A stretch of 64,000 nt of DNA from a virus (IMGVR_UViG_3300033994_001756:64001-128000); one strand, 5' to 3'. Counted from the first letter of the stretch, positions 20,788 to 31,279 are shown. A program made the numbers and translations. The notes: generated by a model not told the origin, from the sequence alone.

Positions 20788-23103
20788 ATGGATTTATCTA
20801 TTGTCTCACAGTTCATGTCACTAACTCCTGACATGATGTATAAGGCTACAAAGATGGTTGAAACTGTTCAATCATATTTTCCAGGTGATGTGGAATCTCA
20901 AGAGGAGTATCTAAAAGAAAATCTAATTGATCAAACTCTTGAGTATGCTTTAACTCTTCTTGAAGATAAAAAGGTTAGAGATTACATGGGTACATCAGTG
21001 TACACCAATGGAACTACTTTTAGTGCTCCAACTCTAGCACTTTATAATGTTCCTTCTCTGCCAGAAATGAAGAAGCGCATTCAGGCTAAGCTAAATGCAA
21101 GAGGTAATAATGCAAATGTACGTAGGGAAGAAGTTGAAATTATTGATGAAAAGCTAAAAGGTCTCAAGTTCAATGGTGAGAATCCTTGGTGGGATAGTGA
21201 TGGCGATGGCAAGCCATATGAGCCAGGTGATGATGTACGTAAGACTAGAAAAGCACGTAAGACTAGAAAGGAATCTGTAGATTATGTAGCGGATCTTTGG
21301 AGAAATAGACATTCTGATGATCAGTTAGATGAAGTAAAAGGATATGGTGGACATGTTGATCCAAAGACTGGAAAATCATCTGGCCTAAGATCACCTTCTC
21401 AGCAAGCACATACACAATATTGGGATAATGTAAGACGTGGAAAACAAGCACCTGATCCTAGAAGATCCAAGTTTTATTCTGGTGGATCAAAGGGATCGAC
21501 AACTGGTGCTCAACAAGGTGAACCACCAGAATATTTTGCGAAAAACCAAAATCCTGATCTTGCAACTACTCCTGCAAATAGAATGCGAGCAAGAGCAACT
21601 TCATTAGCAGCAAAAGGTAAGACCAAACAGGCAAATAAAATTCGTTCTGTTATGAATCGTCCAAACATGGGCGAAGAGTTTACCGTTGAAGCAAAAAATA
21701 AAGAAGGTAAAGAGCAAGGTCTTGATGGAAAAGCTTGCTGGAAAGGTTATAGAAGAGCTGGCACTAAAATGAAGGGTGGTAAGCGTGTAGACAATTGTGT
21801 GAAAATGGAAGATGTAGATTTCGTTGCAGACTATCTAATTGCAGAGGGACTCAATGAATATGGCATTGATATCCTAATTGAAGAGATGGGTCTTGATGAT
21901 TTCTGTGATTTTGTAGATGAAATTTCATCTGAAGAGTTTCTTGTAGAATGGAGACGTGGTGCTGGTGGAACTAAAGTTCGTGGCTCAGGAATGTCCAAGA
22001 GTGGCAAGTCAATTGGTTCACTAAAGGGTGGTGCTAAAGCATCTGCTATTCGTGCAACTCCTGAACACAAATCAAGAAAGGCAGAAAGAGAAAGAGAGCC
22101 ATCAAAATCTTCTGGAATGAAGGATGCACTTCAGAGTCAGTCAAAAATTGCAAGGGCTAAGAAATCACAGCCAGCAACTAAATCAACCCCAACACAAACT
22201 AAAGAAAAGGCAAAAGGTGGTATTCTTGGAGCACTCAAAGCAAGGGCAGAAAAGGATATTGCATCTGTTGGTCAATCAGTACAAACATTAAGAAACGTAG
22301 GAGCAAGACGTGCTGCAGAAGTTCAAGCAACTTATCATGCGGTTAGGGAGAAGGGAAGACAAGCAGAAACATCTCCACAAGCAACTAGGGCAAGAAGACA
22401 AGCTACTGTTGCAGTTGGTAGAACAGCTCAGGCTACAGGTAGAAATGCAGTCAAAGCTGCAGGCGCTGCTGGAGCGGCTGCAGGACAAGCAGTAGCTGCC
22501 AGAAGATCTGGAGCAACTGTAGCTCAGGCTTTAGGTAGGGGTGTTGGAACCTTTGTTAAAAGAATGAAGAAGGAAGAGAGAGAACTTCTAACTCATTACT
22601 TCATCGAATCTGAAATTGCATTTAATTATGATGAAGTTCAGGAAATCTTTGAGACTCTAGATCAAGAGCACTTTGATTATTTCATGGAGCAAGCAATTCT
22701 CATGGTAGAAGAATCTGGTCCTTCTGCTCGTGAAATCATCGAAGAAACTCTTTATAATACTTTTGATATTGAAAGATTTCATTTCGCTGACTGGAGGCAG
22801 TTAACCGAAAAAAAGTCTGATGATGACGCAACTGGAAAGTTCGTCAATCTAACTCAGACAAATAGAACTGACAACACTCCTGGTGTAAGGGGTAAAAGAA
22901 AGGATGGTGTAATCATCAATCCTCAGGTTGATATGAGATGTGAAGAAGTTGAGAACATTGAAGAGAAAGCACCTCCAGGCGCTAAGTATAAAAGAATGGC
23001 TAAACATATTAAAGCTGGTTATGCAGAAGATGGACTAACCAAAAAAGAAAAGTCAATTGCATATGCAACTGCATGGAAAGCCAAAAACAGGAGTCGTAAA
23101 TAA
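20788..23103 (+). CDS. large low-complexity late protein (probable internal head protein)
   Basis: Alternating acidic and K/R/A-rich blocks; KACWKGY...NCVK motif; upstream ATAAATA. Confidence 0.7.
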   Translation: MDLSIVSQFMSLTPDMMYKATKMVETVQSYFPGDVESQEEYLKENLIDQTLEYALTLLEDKKVRDYMGTSVYTNGTTFSAPTLALYNVPSLPEMKKRIQAKLNARGNNANVRREEVEIIDEKLKGLKFNGENPWWDSDGDGKPYEPGDDVRKTRKARKTRKESVDYVADLWRNRHSDDQLDEVKGYGGHVDPKTGKSSGLRSPSQQAHTQYWDNVRRGKQAPDPRRSKFYSGGSKGSTTGAQQGEPPEYFAKNQNPDLATTPANRMRARATSLAAKGKTKQANKIRSVMNRPNMGEEFTVEAKNKEGKEQGLDGKACWKGYRRAGTKMKGGKRVDNCVKMEDVDFVADYLIAEGLNEYGIDILIEEMGLDDFCDFVDEISSEEFLVEWRRGAGGTKVRGSGMSKSGKSIGSLKGGAKASAIRATPEHKSRKAEREREPSKSSGMKDALQSQSKIARAKKSQPATKSTPTQTKEKAKGGILGALKARAEKDIASVGQSVQTLRNVGARRAAEVQATYHAVREKGRQAETSPQATRARRQATVAVGRTAQATGRNAVKAAGAAGAAAGQAVAARRSGATVAQALGRGVGTFVKRMKKEERELLTHYFIESEIAFNYDEVQEIFETLDQEHFDYFMEQAILMVEESGPSAREIIEETLYNTFDIERFHFADWRQLTEKKSDDDATGKFVNLTQTNRTDNTPGVRGKRKDGVIINPQVDMRCEEVENIEEKAPPGAKYKRMAKHIKAGYAEDGLTKKEKSIAYATAWKAKNRSRK

Positions 23104-23135
23104 TAAATATAGATGATCCATTATAGGAGAAAATC

Positions 23136-23309
23136 ATGGGAGTATTAGTAGACGTAGTTAAGCCACTACTCTTAGCTGCAATGAATAGTTGCCACACTAA
23201 GAGACTTGTTTGTGAACTACTTGATCGTTATGTAAATACCACTGATAATGATATTGATAATGTACTTGCTGCAACTGTAAGAACTGCACTTCTTAGAGAT
23301 TGTAAGTGA
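23136..23309 (+). CDS. small conserved cyanophage protein (57 aa), not in ORF track
   Basis: SD AGGAGA; MGVLVDVVKPLL...TDNDIDNVL...CK*. Confidence 0.75.
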   Translation: MGVLVDVVKPLLLAAMNSCHTKRLVCELLDRYVNTTDNDIDNVLAATVRTALLRDCK

Positions 23310-23458
23310 TTGAATGTTTACTTCTGAACTGGGGAGTAGAGTTAATTTTAATTCTACTCTTAGCAGGTTCAGAGTACTTAGGTAAAACAAAACGATTTAA
23401 AGAGAATACTATAATAGATTTTACTAAAAATACAATTAAACGTATGTTGGGGAGGTGA
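23306..23458 (+). CDS. small membrane protein (50 aa), not in ORF track
   Basis: GTGA overlap; hydrophobic N-half then SEYLGKTKRFKEN. Confidence 0.55.
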   Translation: MIECLLLNWGVELILILLLAGSEYLGKTKRFKENTIIDFTKNTIKRMLGR

Positions 23459-23470
23459 CTCCCCATTTTT

Positions 23471-23478
23471 TATAAATA
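23471..23478 (+). promoter_or_regulatory. T4 late promoter
   Basis: TATAAATA after GGGGAG/CTCCCC terminator hairpin. Confidence 0.75.
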
Positions 23479-23511
23479 TTAATAGAATAAAAATTTCAAG
23501 AGGATTTTTAG

Positions 23512-24114
23512 ATGTCTTTATACGGAAGAACTGACTCTAACGCAAACAAGACCAAAGTTGAAAGAACTATTGCTCCTTCATCCCAGGCTAAAACTATTGT
23601 TTTTGTTGATGAAACTGAGGCTCGTTTAAACGAAAACCGTCAGCGTGGTATTGATGGTCCTGGCTGGTGGGCGTATTTTACCTATACTGATAATGCAGGG
23701 AATACTCGCCACAAGGCAGAGAAGCTAGTTGCACTTGGAAATCCAGATACTACTGAAACTCAGGCTGATGACGCTATTGTAGCTGACGTTGCATCTTCAG
23801 TAACAATTAATGTTGCATATCCACAGAATGCTACTACAACATCTGGCGGGGCAACATTTACTGTATCTGGACAAACTACTACCACTGGAACTCCAGGAAC
23901 TTTACTATACCAGTGGCAAATTCAAACCCCAACTGGTACTCGTTGGACCAACCTAACAAATACTGGAATTTACACTGGTTCTACCACTCATACCCTAACT
24001 TTAACTGGAGCAACATCTGCAGTTTCTGGAAGTAAGTATAGAGTAAAAATCACCTCTACTGGTGGTACTGAAGAAGTAATTTCTAGAACTGCCACACTAA
24101 CATTTGGAACCTGA
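23512..24114 (+). CDS. virion structural protein with C-terminal Ig-like domain
   Basis: GPGWW...RHKAEKLV; LLYQWQ...LTLT...YRVKI Ig pattern; late promoter. Confidence 0.75.
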   Translation: MSLYGRTDSNANKTKVERTIAPSSQAKTIVFVDETEARLNENRQRGIDGPGWWAYFTYTDNAGNTRHKAEKLVALGNPDTTETQADDAIVADVASSVTINVAYPQNATTTSGGATFTVSGQTTTTGTPGTLLYQWQIQTPTGTRWTNLTNTGIYTGSTTHTLTLTGATSAVSGSKYRVKITSTGGTEEVISRTATLTFGT

Positions 24115-24120
24115 TAATAA

Positions 24121-24483
24121 ATGAGATTTAATGAGTTGAATGATGATAACTTTTTGTTATTTGCAATTAAACATTATGACAACCCAAATGCGATGACAAA
24201 AGATGATTTTCTTGAAGACCTGAAACGATTTAAGTATATCAAAAGATTACTTAAAAGATATGATAAAACAGGAATTCTGAAAACTCATCTTTTGTTAAAT
24301 CATATTATAGTTGTATATAATATTTTCGGTGACGCTGCGACCCCTTTATTGTTTTTCAAAATTGAAACTCAATATTGGACATATTTGAAGTCCTTTATAT
24401 TATTTTTAGATCGACTGGAACCAGACACTATTCCCCATATAAGTCCAGATAATTATTGTTTAGAAGAACTCAACAAGATATGA
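24121..24483 (+). CDS. conserved T4-like hypothetical protein
   Basis: FLLFAIKHYDNP...DLKRFKYIKRLL...LLLNHII. Confidence 0.8.
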   Translation: MRFNELNDDNFLLFAIKHYDNPNAMTKDDFLEDLKRFKYIKRLLKRYDKTGILKTHLLLNHIIVVYNIFGDAATPLLFFKIETQYWTYLKSFILFLDRLEPDTIPHISPDNYCLEELNKI

Positions 24484-24866
24484 ATTACAACGAAGAAGTT
24501 GCTGCTAATAGTGTTGGTGATGGATCAGCAGTATCAATCCCTCCAAGTGTTGAGCCACCTGGAATTCCTGCGTCTAAAAGAAAAAAGAGAAAAAAAGTAA
24601 ATGAACAAACATTATTTGAAAGTGGCGGTAAAGTAATTGACCAATTAAAGCAAATTGCATTAGCTGGCCAGCAAGGAGTTGTCATGTTTGATAATGGAGA
24701 GAAAGCTCAAGTTTCTCCTGATGGTGCAAATAAATTAGTTGACTTGTATCGAAACTTAAACGCTAGTAATAGAGTTAAAATGATTAAAACAATCAATTCA
24801 TCTTCTTCTGGATTTGAAAAGATTTCGACATTCGCATCCACTAGAGGTTCCCAACCAGCACAATAA
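24480..24866 (+). CDS. hypothetical protein
   Basis: EE.AANS.G motif; ATGA overlap at 24480. Confidence 0.65.
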   Translation: MNYNEEVAANSVGDGSAVSIPPSVEPPGIPASKRKKRKKVNEQTLFESGGKVIDQLKQIALAGQQGVVMFDNGEKAQVSPDGANKLVDLYRNLNASNRVKMIKTINSSSSGFEKISTFASTRGSQPAQ

Positions 24867-24880
24867 CCAATAGAGGTAGC

Positions 24881-25297
24881 ATGTTTCAGTCTCAAACTAC
24901 AGAAACTAAATTAGCTTTACTGGAAGAGAAGCTAAACATATACGAGCAAATGATGAGAAAGATTGAATCTGCAATAGAAAAGATTAGCGAGACTAGTCAA
25001 ACAATCAGTAAAATGTTGGCTATTCATGAAGAGAGACTAGAGCAAACATCTAAATCTGATGAAGTTATTATTAGTATGGTGCATGATATCAAAAAAAGTA
25101 ATACTGAAGAACATAAAAACGTTATTGAAAGAGTAGAAGAAGTAGAAAAAACAGTTGGAGATTTATTAAAGTTTAGGTGGCAGGTGGCCGCCATCTCAGG
25201 GGCAGTTGTCCTAGTGGTCGGCCTGGTGGTCCCATTCATTGACAACATGCTCGCAATGCCCTATAATGGAGGGACTGAGCAAACCACCAAAAAATGA
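24881..25297 (+). CDS. coiled-coil protein with C-terminal TM helix
   Basis: IESAIEKISETS..ISKMLAIHEERL; FRWQVAAISGAVVLVVGL. Confidence 0.75.
   Translation: MFQSQTTETKLALLEEKLNIYEQMMRKIESAIEKISETSQTISKMLAIHEERLEQTSKSDEVIISMVHDIKKSNTEEHKNVIERVEEVEKTVGDLLKFRWQVAAISGAVVLVVGLVVPFIDNMLAMPYNGGTEQTTKK
25239..25267 (+). promoter_or_regulatory. sigma70-type promoter for g61-nrdAB
   Basis: TTGACA-17-TATAAT. Confidence 0.7.
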
Positions 25298-26274
25298 GTT
25301 ACATTGACATCAAATACATTAATCTCATTTCAATTAGACTAGACAAATTTGCAAAGAAGAAAGATAATCTATATAACTTTAGGTGTCCTTATTGCGGTGA
25401 CTCTACGAAAAATAAAAACCGTGCAAGGGGATTCCTCTACCGAAAAAATGCAGACATGGTATTCAAGTGCCATAACTGTGGGGTAGGACGTTCATTAGCT
25501 AATTTTCTAAAGGATCTAGATGTCACTGTCCATGATGAATATGTCATGGAGAGATTTAAGTCTGGATTGACTGGTCGTGGTTCAAACACTGCAGAGCCTA
25601 AGTTTGAGTTTCAGAAACCAGTATTTAAAAAGACTCCATTATCAGAGCTGGAAAAGATATCAGAACTAAATAATTCACACCCAGCAAAAAAATACCTTCT
25701 CAACAGACAGATCCCAGAAAAGTTCTTTTCTAAATTCTATTACGCCGAGGATTTTCATGCTTGGGCCAAGACTGAAACAAAAATCAAAGAGTCTAGAATC
25801 ATCATCCCACTCATGTCCAAAAGTGGAAAACTTTTTGGATATCAGGGGAGGGCTCTTGACAAAACTGCAAAACTACGCTATATTACTACCATCCTGGATG
25901 ATAAGTACGCTAAACTATTTGGACTTGATTCTTTAGATTTCGACAAAACCATCTATGTCACAGAGGGTCCTTTCGACTCTCTTTTTCTGTCTAATGCAAT
26001 TGCCATGTGTGGATCTGATGTATATCTAGAAAAGTCTATCTACAAAGATAGAGTTTTCATTTTAGACAACGAACCTCGCAATCTTCAAATTGTTCAACGC
26101 TATGACAAACTTATCAGTGCAGGAGAGAAGGTGGTTATTTGGCCTTCTAATGTCAAAGAAAAGGATATAAACGATATGATTATTGCTGGACTCAACCCAC
26201 AGCAATTAGTTACAGACAATACCTATCAGGGGTTGGAAGCTAAAGTTAAATTTACTACATGGAAGAAAGTATGA
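25294..26274 (+). CDS. g61: gp61 DNA primase
   Basis: CPYCGDS...CHNC zinc finger; VTEGPFDS; DNEPRN TOPRIM. Confidence 0.95.
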   Translation: MSYIDIKYINLISIRLDKFAKKKDNLYNFRCPYCGDSTKNKNRARGFLYRKNADMVFKCHNCGVGRSLANFLKDLDVTVHDEYVMERFKSGLTGRGSNTAEPKFEFQKPVFKKTPLSELEKISELNNSHPAKKYLLNRQIPEKFFSKFYYAEDFHAWAKTETKIKESRIIIPLMSKSGKLFGYQGRALDKTAKLRYITTILDDKYAKLFGLDSLDFDKTIYVTEGPFDSLFLSNAIAMCGSDVYLEKSIYKDRVFILDNEPRNLQIVQRYDKLISAGEKVVIWPSNVKEKDINDMIIAGLNPQQLVTDNTYQGLEAKVKFTTWKKV

Positions 26275-28571
26275 GTAACGGTACTAAAGTTAAAAAACGT
26301 AATGGTACTTTTGAATCTCTAGATCTAGACAAGATTCATAACATGGTTGAATGTGCTTGTGGTGGATTAGCAGGTGTTAGTGCATCTCAAGTGGAGATTC
26401 AGTCTGGTCTTCAATTTTATGATGGGATTACAACAGATGAAATCCAAGAAATCCTGGTTAGGTCAGCTAGCGACCTTATCAGTCTCGATAATCCAAATTA
26501 TCAGTATGTTGCTGCTCGTCTCTTGCTTTTCGGTTTATATAAGCAAGTCTTTGGAGCTAATTGGAAGAACGGGTTCCCCTCAATAGGAGATCATCTATAT
26601 CATGGGGTAATGAAAGGTGTTTATGATAAAGCCCTTTCTGGAAAGTATACTGATGATGAATGGGACAAAATTAATTCTTGGATTGATCATGAAAGAGATT
26701 ATATCTTTACTTATGCTGGACTCAGGCAAGTAGTAGACAAATATCTTGTACAAGACAGGAGTTCAAAGACAATATATGAAACTCCCCAATACATGTACAT
26801 GCTAATTTCTGCAACCATGTTTGCAGAATATCCAAAGGAAACTAGACTTGATTATGTCAAACGATACTACAACGCAATCTCCAAACACCGAATTAACATT
26901 CCCACGCCAATTATGGCAGGTGTTAGAACCCCTCTTCGTCAATTTGCTTCTTGTGTGCTTATTGATTCTGACGATTCTCTTAACTCTATCTTCAGCTCTG
27001 ACATGGCTATTGGCCGTTATGTGGCTCAGCGTGCAGGAATCGGTATCAACGCAGGCCGAATCAGGGGTATCAATAGCAAAATCCGTGGAGGAGAAGTCGC
27101 ACATACAGGAGTCATTCCGTTTCTCAAGAAATTTGAAGCGACGGTCAGGTGTTGCACTCAAAACGGCATACGAGGTGGCTCAGCTACAGTTCATTTTCCT
27201 ATTTGGCATCAAGAAATTGAAGACATCATAGTTCTAAAGAATAATAAAGGAACTGAAGATAACAGAGTTCGTAAGCTAGACTATAGCATTCAAATTAGCA
27301 AGATCTTCTATGAACGATTCATTCAAAACGGAGAAGTCTCACTCTTCTCTCCACACGACGTTCCTGGTTTGTATGATGCTTTTGGCACTGATAGATTTGA
27401 CGAGCTATATGTATCTTATGAACGAGATACATCTATTCCAAGAAAAACTATCGGCGCTCAAGAACTATTTCTAAACATCCTCAAGGAACGTGCAGAAACA
27501 GGTCGTATTTACATCATGAATATCGACCATTGCAATTCACACTCTTCCTTCCTTGATAAAGTGAACATGTCTAATCTCTGCCAAGAGATTACACTTCCAA
27601 CAGTTCCCATCAATCATATTGATGATTCAAGTGGCGAAATTGCACTTTGTATTCTATCTGCAGTTAATGTAGGTAAGATTAGCAACTTTGATGAGATGGA
27701 AGAACTATGCGATCTGTCTATTCGTGCCCTAGATGAACTGATTGATTATCAAGATTATCCAATCGAAGCTGCACGTATTTCAACCAAGGCACGTCGTTCT
27801 CTTGGTGTTGGCTACATTGGTCTTGCTCACTTCCTTGCTCGTAATGGAGTAAAGTATGAAGACCCCCAAGCATGGAAACTAGTTCACGATCTGACAGAAG
27901 CATTCCAGTATTATCTTCTCAAGGCATCCAATCAACTTGCTATTGAAAAGGGTAAGTGTGATTATTTTGGTCGTACTAAGTATTCTCATGGTGTTCTCCC
28001 AATCGATACATACAAAAAAGATGTAGACGAAATCACACCAAACGATCTTCAGTATGATTGGGAAACTCTTAGAACATCCATCCTGGCTCACGGTCTCAGG
28101 CACTCAACATTGTCCGCACAAATGCCTTCTGAGAGCAGTTCCGTTGTGTCAAATGAAACAAATGGAATCGAGCCACCTAGAGATTACTTGTCCGTTAAAA
28201 AATCAAAGAAGGGACCACTTAAGCAAATTGTTCCCAGCTATCAATCTCTCAAGAAGAACTATACGCTTCTCTGGGATATGCCTAGCAACACTGGTTATAT
28301 TAATATTGTTGCTGTGATGCAAAAGTTCTTTGACCAGGCAATCTCTGGTAACTGGAGTTACAATCCAGAGAACTATCCAGATAATGAAGTTCCAGTATCT
28401 GTTATGGCTCAAGATCTTCTATCAACATACAAGTATGGCTGGAAGACAAGCTACTATCAGAACACCTATGATAGTAAGTCTGACGGAGATGTAGAAGAAA
28501 AAGGTGAAGCATTAACTCAATTACTTGCTCAACTAGAATCAGACGACGACTGCGAAAGCTGCAAAATCTAA
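26271..28571 (+). CDS. nrdA: class Ia ribonucleotide reductase alpha subunit
   Basis: ATP cone VKKRNG, QFASCVL, SNLCQEI, MPSESSS, C-terminal CESC. Confidence 0.97.
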   Translation: MSNGTKVKKRNGTFESLDLDKIHNMVECACGGLAGVSASQVEIQSGLQFYDGITTDEIQEILVRSASDLISLDNPNYQYVAARLLLFGLYKQVFGANWKNGFPSIGDHLYHGVMKGVYDKALSGKYTDDEWDKINSWIDHERDYIFTYAGLRQVVDKYLVQDRSSKTIYETPQYMYMLISATMFAEYPKETRLDYVKRYYNAISKHRINIPTPIMAGVRTPLRQFASCVLIDSDDSLNSIFSSDMAIGRYVAQRAGIGINAGRIRGINSKIRGGEVAHTGVIPFLKKFEATVRCCTQNGIRGGSATVHFPIWHQEIEDIIVLKNNKGTEDNRVRKLDYSIQISKIFYERFIQNGEVSLFSPHDVPGLYDAFGTDRFDELYVSYERDTSIPRKTIGAQELFLNILKERAETGRIYIMNIDHCNSHSSFLDKVNMSNLCQEITLPTVPINHIDDSSGEIALCILSAVNVGKISNFDEMEELCDLSIRALDELIDYQDYPIEAARISTKARRSLGVGYIGLAHFLARNGVKYEDPQAWKLVHDLTEAFQYYLLKASNQLAIEKGKCDYFGRTKYSHGVLPIDTYKKDVDEITPNDLQYDWETLRTSILAHGLRHSTLSAQMPSESSSVVSNETNGIEPPRDYLSVKKSKKGPLKQIVPSYQSLKKNYTLLWDMPSNTGYINIVAVMQKFFDQAISGNWSYNPENYPDNEVPVSVMAQDLLSTYKYGWKTSYYQNTYDSKSDGDVEEKGEALTQLLAQLESDDDCESCKI

Positions 28572-28582
28572 GGAGAACTTAC

Positions 28583-29746
28583 ATGCAATTCATCAAAAAT
28601 ACCAACAGTGAAATCAAGGGTATGACCGTATTCAACAGCAATCATGTAGACACCAAAAAGCAACCAATGTTTTTTGGTGCTCCTCTTGGAGTTCAAAGGT
28701 ATGATTCATACAAGTATCCTATCTTTGAAAAGCTCACCCAGCAACAGCTTGGATATTTCTGGAGACCTGAGGAGGTCTCCCTCCAAAAAGATCGTGCAGA
28801 TTATCAAACACTTCGCCCTGAACAAAAGCACATCTTTACTTCAAATTTGAAGTATCAGATCATGCTTGATTCCGTTCAGGGTCGTGGTCCTGGCATGGCA
28901 TTTCTACCATACTGCTCACTTCCAGAACTGGAAGCTTGTATGACCATCTGGGAAACTATGGAGATGATTCATAGTCGCTCATATACCTATATCATCAAGA
29001 ATGTATACTCAGATGTATCTGAAGTATTTGATACTATTCTTGATGATGAAAAGATTCTAGAACGTGCAACCAGTGTAACTCAAGCCTACGATGAACTAAT
29101 TGAGTCTGCCCAGCAATGGGGTGGCGGTAAGCTATGGGAACTTGGCGATCATACTACTGCAAACATTGAACTCAAAGAACTAAAGAGAAAACTATATCGT
29201 GCTGTCATGAATGTGAATATTCTTGAGGGCATTCGTTTCTATGTTTCCTTTGCATGTTCGTTTGCATTTGGTGAACTTAAACTCATGGAAGGATCTGCTA
29301 AGATCATTGGCTTGATTGCTCGTGATGAATCTCAGCATCTAGGTATTACTCAGAACATTATCAAGAATTGGAAGAATGGTGATGATCCACAGATGCTAGA
29401 AATCATTGAAGAAGAGCAAGATAATGTACGTCAAATGTATGCCCGTGCAGTAAATGAAGAGAAAGCTTGGGCAGAGTATCTGTTCAAAGATGGTTCAATG
29501 ATTGGCTTGAATGCAAAACTACTATCCTCCTATGTTGAGTACATTGCAAACCGTAGGATGAAGTCTATTGGACTGAAGCCAATGTTTGATATTTCAATGT
29601 CAAACAATCCACTTCCTTGGACTGAGCATTGGCTAAATTCTAAGATGATGCAGAATGCTCCCCAAGAAACAGAGATTGAATCTTATGTGATTGGTGGCAT
29701 CAAACAAGACATGAAGAACGATACTTTCTCTGGGTTTAAACTGTAG
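28583..29746 (+). CDS. nrdB: ribonucleotide reductase beta subunit
   Basis: FWRPEEV, EMIHSRSY, LEGIRFYVSF, RDESQH. Confidence 0.97.
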   Translation: MQFIKNTNSEIKGMTVFNSNHVDTKKQPMFFGAPLGVQRYDSYKYPIFEKLTQQQLGYFWRPEEVSLQKDRADYQTLRPEQKHIFTSNLKYQIMLDSVQGRGPGMAFLPYCSLPELEACMTIWETMEMIHSRSYTYIIKNVYSDVSEVFDTILDDEKILERATSVTQAYDELIESAQQWGGGKLWELGDHTTANIELKELKRKLYRAVMNVNILEGIRFYVSFACSFAFGELKLMEGSAKIIGLIARDESQHLGITQNIIKNWKNGDDPQMLEIIEEEQDNVRQMYARAVNEEKAWAEYLFKDGSMIGLNAKLLSSYVEYIANRRMKSIGLKPMFDISMSNNPLPWTEHWLNSKMMQNAPQETEIESYVIGGIKQDMKNDTFSGFKL

Positions 29747-29762
29747 TCAATGCGGGAGTTTT

Positions 29763-29770
29763 TATAAATA
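29763..29770 (+). promoter_or_regulatory. T4 late promoter
   Basis: TATAAATA. Confidence 0.75.
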
Positions 29771-29801
29771 ATACTATAAAGTAACATTTATAGAAACTCC
29801 A

Positions 29802-31109
29802 ATGACAAGTACCCAAAAACTTTATGAGTCTTACTTCGCCGTATATGACGACGAACTAAGAGAAGATATTTTCGCAGTTGAAGAAGATTTATCATTTGTT
29901 GATGATCTTTCCGATAATGAGCTTACCATAATTATGGAAGCCATTTTTTCTGAAGGTGAGTTCAAACTTAACGAGTGTGTGCAATTACTTGACTCTCAGA
30001 TTCTTTCCGAAGAAAGTGAAATGGAAAGAATGAATAGACTGCAAAACAAAGCAACTCGTGAGAGAAAATCCGCAGCGGCAACCGCAAAGAGAGAAAAGTC
30101 TGCTGAGCGTGAAAGAGTTGGCAGAAAACATGCAATAAAAAGAATGCAAGTTGCTGCAGTTCGTGCTGGTCGTAATATTGCAGATAGAGCAAAGACTTTA
30201 GGTGCTGGTGCTGCTTCTGCTGCTATGGGAGGCGCTGCTGAAGTTGGACGCAAACTATCATCTGCCAAGGAGAAAGTTAAAGGATTTTTGAGTAATGTTA
30301 AAAAATCCGCAAAAGCTGGGTATAGTGCTGCCAAGAAAGAATTTAGTGGACAAGCAGCAAAGGAAGCAAAGGCAAGAGAAACTGGTCGTCAAATGAGAAG
30401 AGCAGCAAGAGCCCAAGCTTCTGCTGCAAGACGTGCGGATACTTCTGAGTTTGAATCAAAACCATCATCATCAGCATCATCATCAAAACCAACATGGAGA
30501 CCTGGTGGGCAGAATGTAAACAGAACATTCAAACCTCAGCAGGGTCCAAAACCAGCATCATCATCATCATCATCAAAACCAACTTGGAGACCTGGTGGAC
30601 AGAATGTAAACAGAACATTCAAACCCCAACAAGGTCCATCTCCAGCACCAAAAGGTCCAAGATCTCCTGCTCCTTATAGGAATGTAGGCGGTGCAATTAA
30701 AAATTCTGTTGAACCTTCTTCAACCGGAAGAGCACTTCCTCCTGTGGGTGCAGGAACACGAACTCCTGGTGGAAATCTAAGACGCCCATCTCAAAGAGCT
30801 TTAGCTATGAGTAGAGCTATAAAACAAGGAAGAAAGAGACTCGGTGAGGATTTTGATTTTATTCTTGAATATCTAATTAACGAAGGTTATGCTGAAACCT
30901 TTGACCAGGCAGTTGAAGTTCTTGATTCATTTAGCGATCATGAAGTAAATCAGATTGTTGAAAACTATTATTCAGAAGAAAGAGAAGATCTTTATGATGT
31001 AGTTCTTGCTCATCTCCTAGATGAAGGCTATGCCGATACTCCAGAAGATGCTCAATCTATCATGGCTAACATGTCAGATGCATGGATCTCTGAGATTCTA
31101 GAAGGCTGA
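29802..31109 (+). CDS. late low-complexity protein (probable internal head protein)
   Basis: Acidic ends, basic A/K/R/S core; two YL..EGYA.T modules. Confidence 0.7.
   Translation: MTSTQKLYESYFAVYDDELREDIFAVEEDLSFVDDLSDNELTIIMEAIFSEGEFKLNECVQLLDSQILSEESEMERMNRLQNKATRERKSAAATAKREKSAERERVGRKHAIKRMQVAAVRAGRNIADRAKTLGAGAASAAMGGAAEVGRKLSSAKEKVKGFLSNVKKSAKAGYSAAKKEFSGQAAKEAKARETGRQMRRAARAQASAARRADTSEFESKPSSSASSSKPTWRPGGQNVNRTFKPQQGPKPASSSSSSKPTWRPGGQNVNRTFKPQQGPSPAPKGPRSPAPYRNVGGAIKNSVEPSSTGRALPPVGAGTRTPGGNLRRPSQRALAMSRAIKQGRKRLGEDFDFILEYLINEGYAETFDQAVEVLDSFSDHEVNQIVENYYSEEREDLYDVVLAHLLDEGYADTPEDAQSIMANMSDAWISEILEG
30457..30637 (+). repeat. 90-nt tandem duplication (SSSKPTWRPGGQNVNRTFKPQQGP x2)
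   Basis: Two near-identical units with mostly synonymous differences. Confidence 0.9.
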
Positions 31110-31130
31110 TTTTAAGCTCAAACCTTTTCC

Positions 31131-31157
31131 TGAGACCCTATGGGGTCTCTTTTTTTA
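31131..31157 (+). terminator. intrinsic terminator
   Basis: GAGACCC-TATG-GGGTCTC then T-tract. Confidence 0.8.
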
Positions 31158-31231
31158 TGGCTGAGAACCCTAGTAAAACCGTAGAAAAAAAGCATGTTTT
31201 CTGGCTTATTAAGGATTTTCGATATGGGGGC

Positions 31232-31279
31232 TTGACAAGACCCGTAAAACCCTGTATAATAACTCTGTCAGGGTTCAGA
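31232..31279 (+). promoter_or_regulatory. sigma70-type promoter plus conserved leader (inverted copy at 2199-2246)
   Basis: TTGACAAGAC...TGTATAATAACTCTGTCAGGGTTCAGA. Confidence 0.8.

Noticed and set aside
30457-30637. CRISPR-like array
   Set aside because: Only two in-frame coding repeats with no unique spacers; no array seen in the window, and the Cas4-like exonuclease at 48463 is a core T4-like gene.
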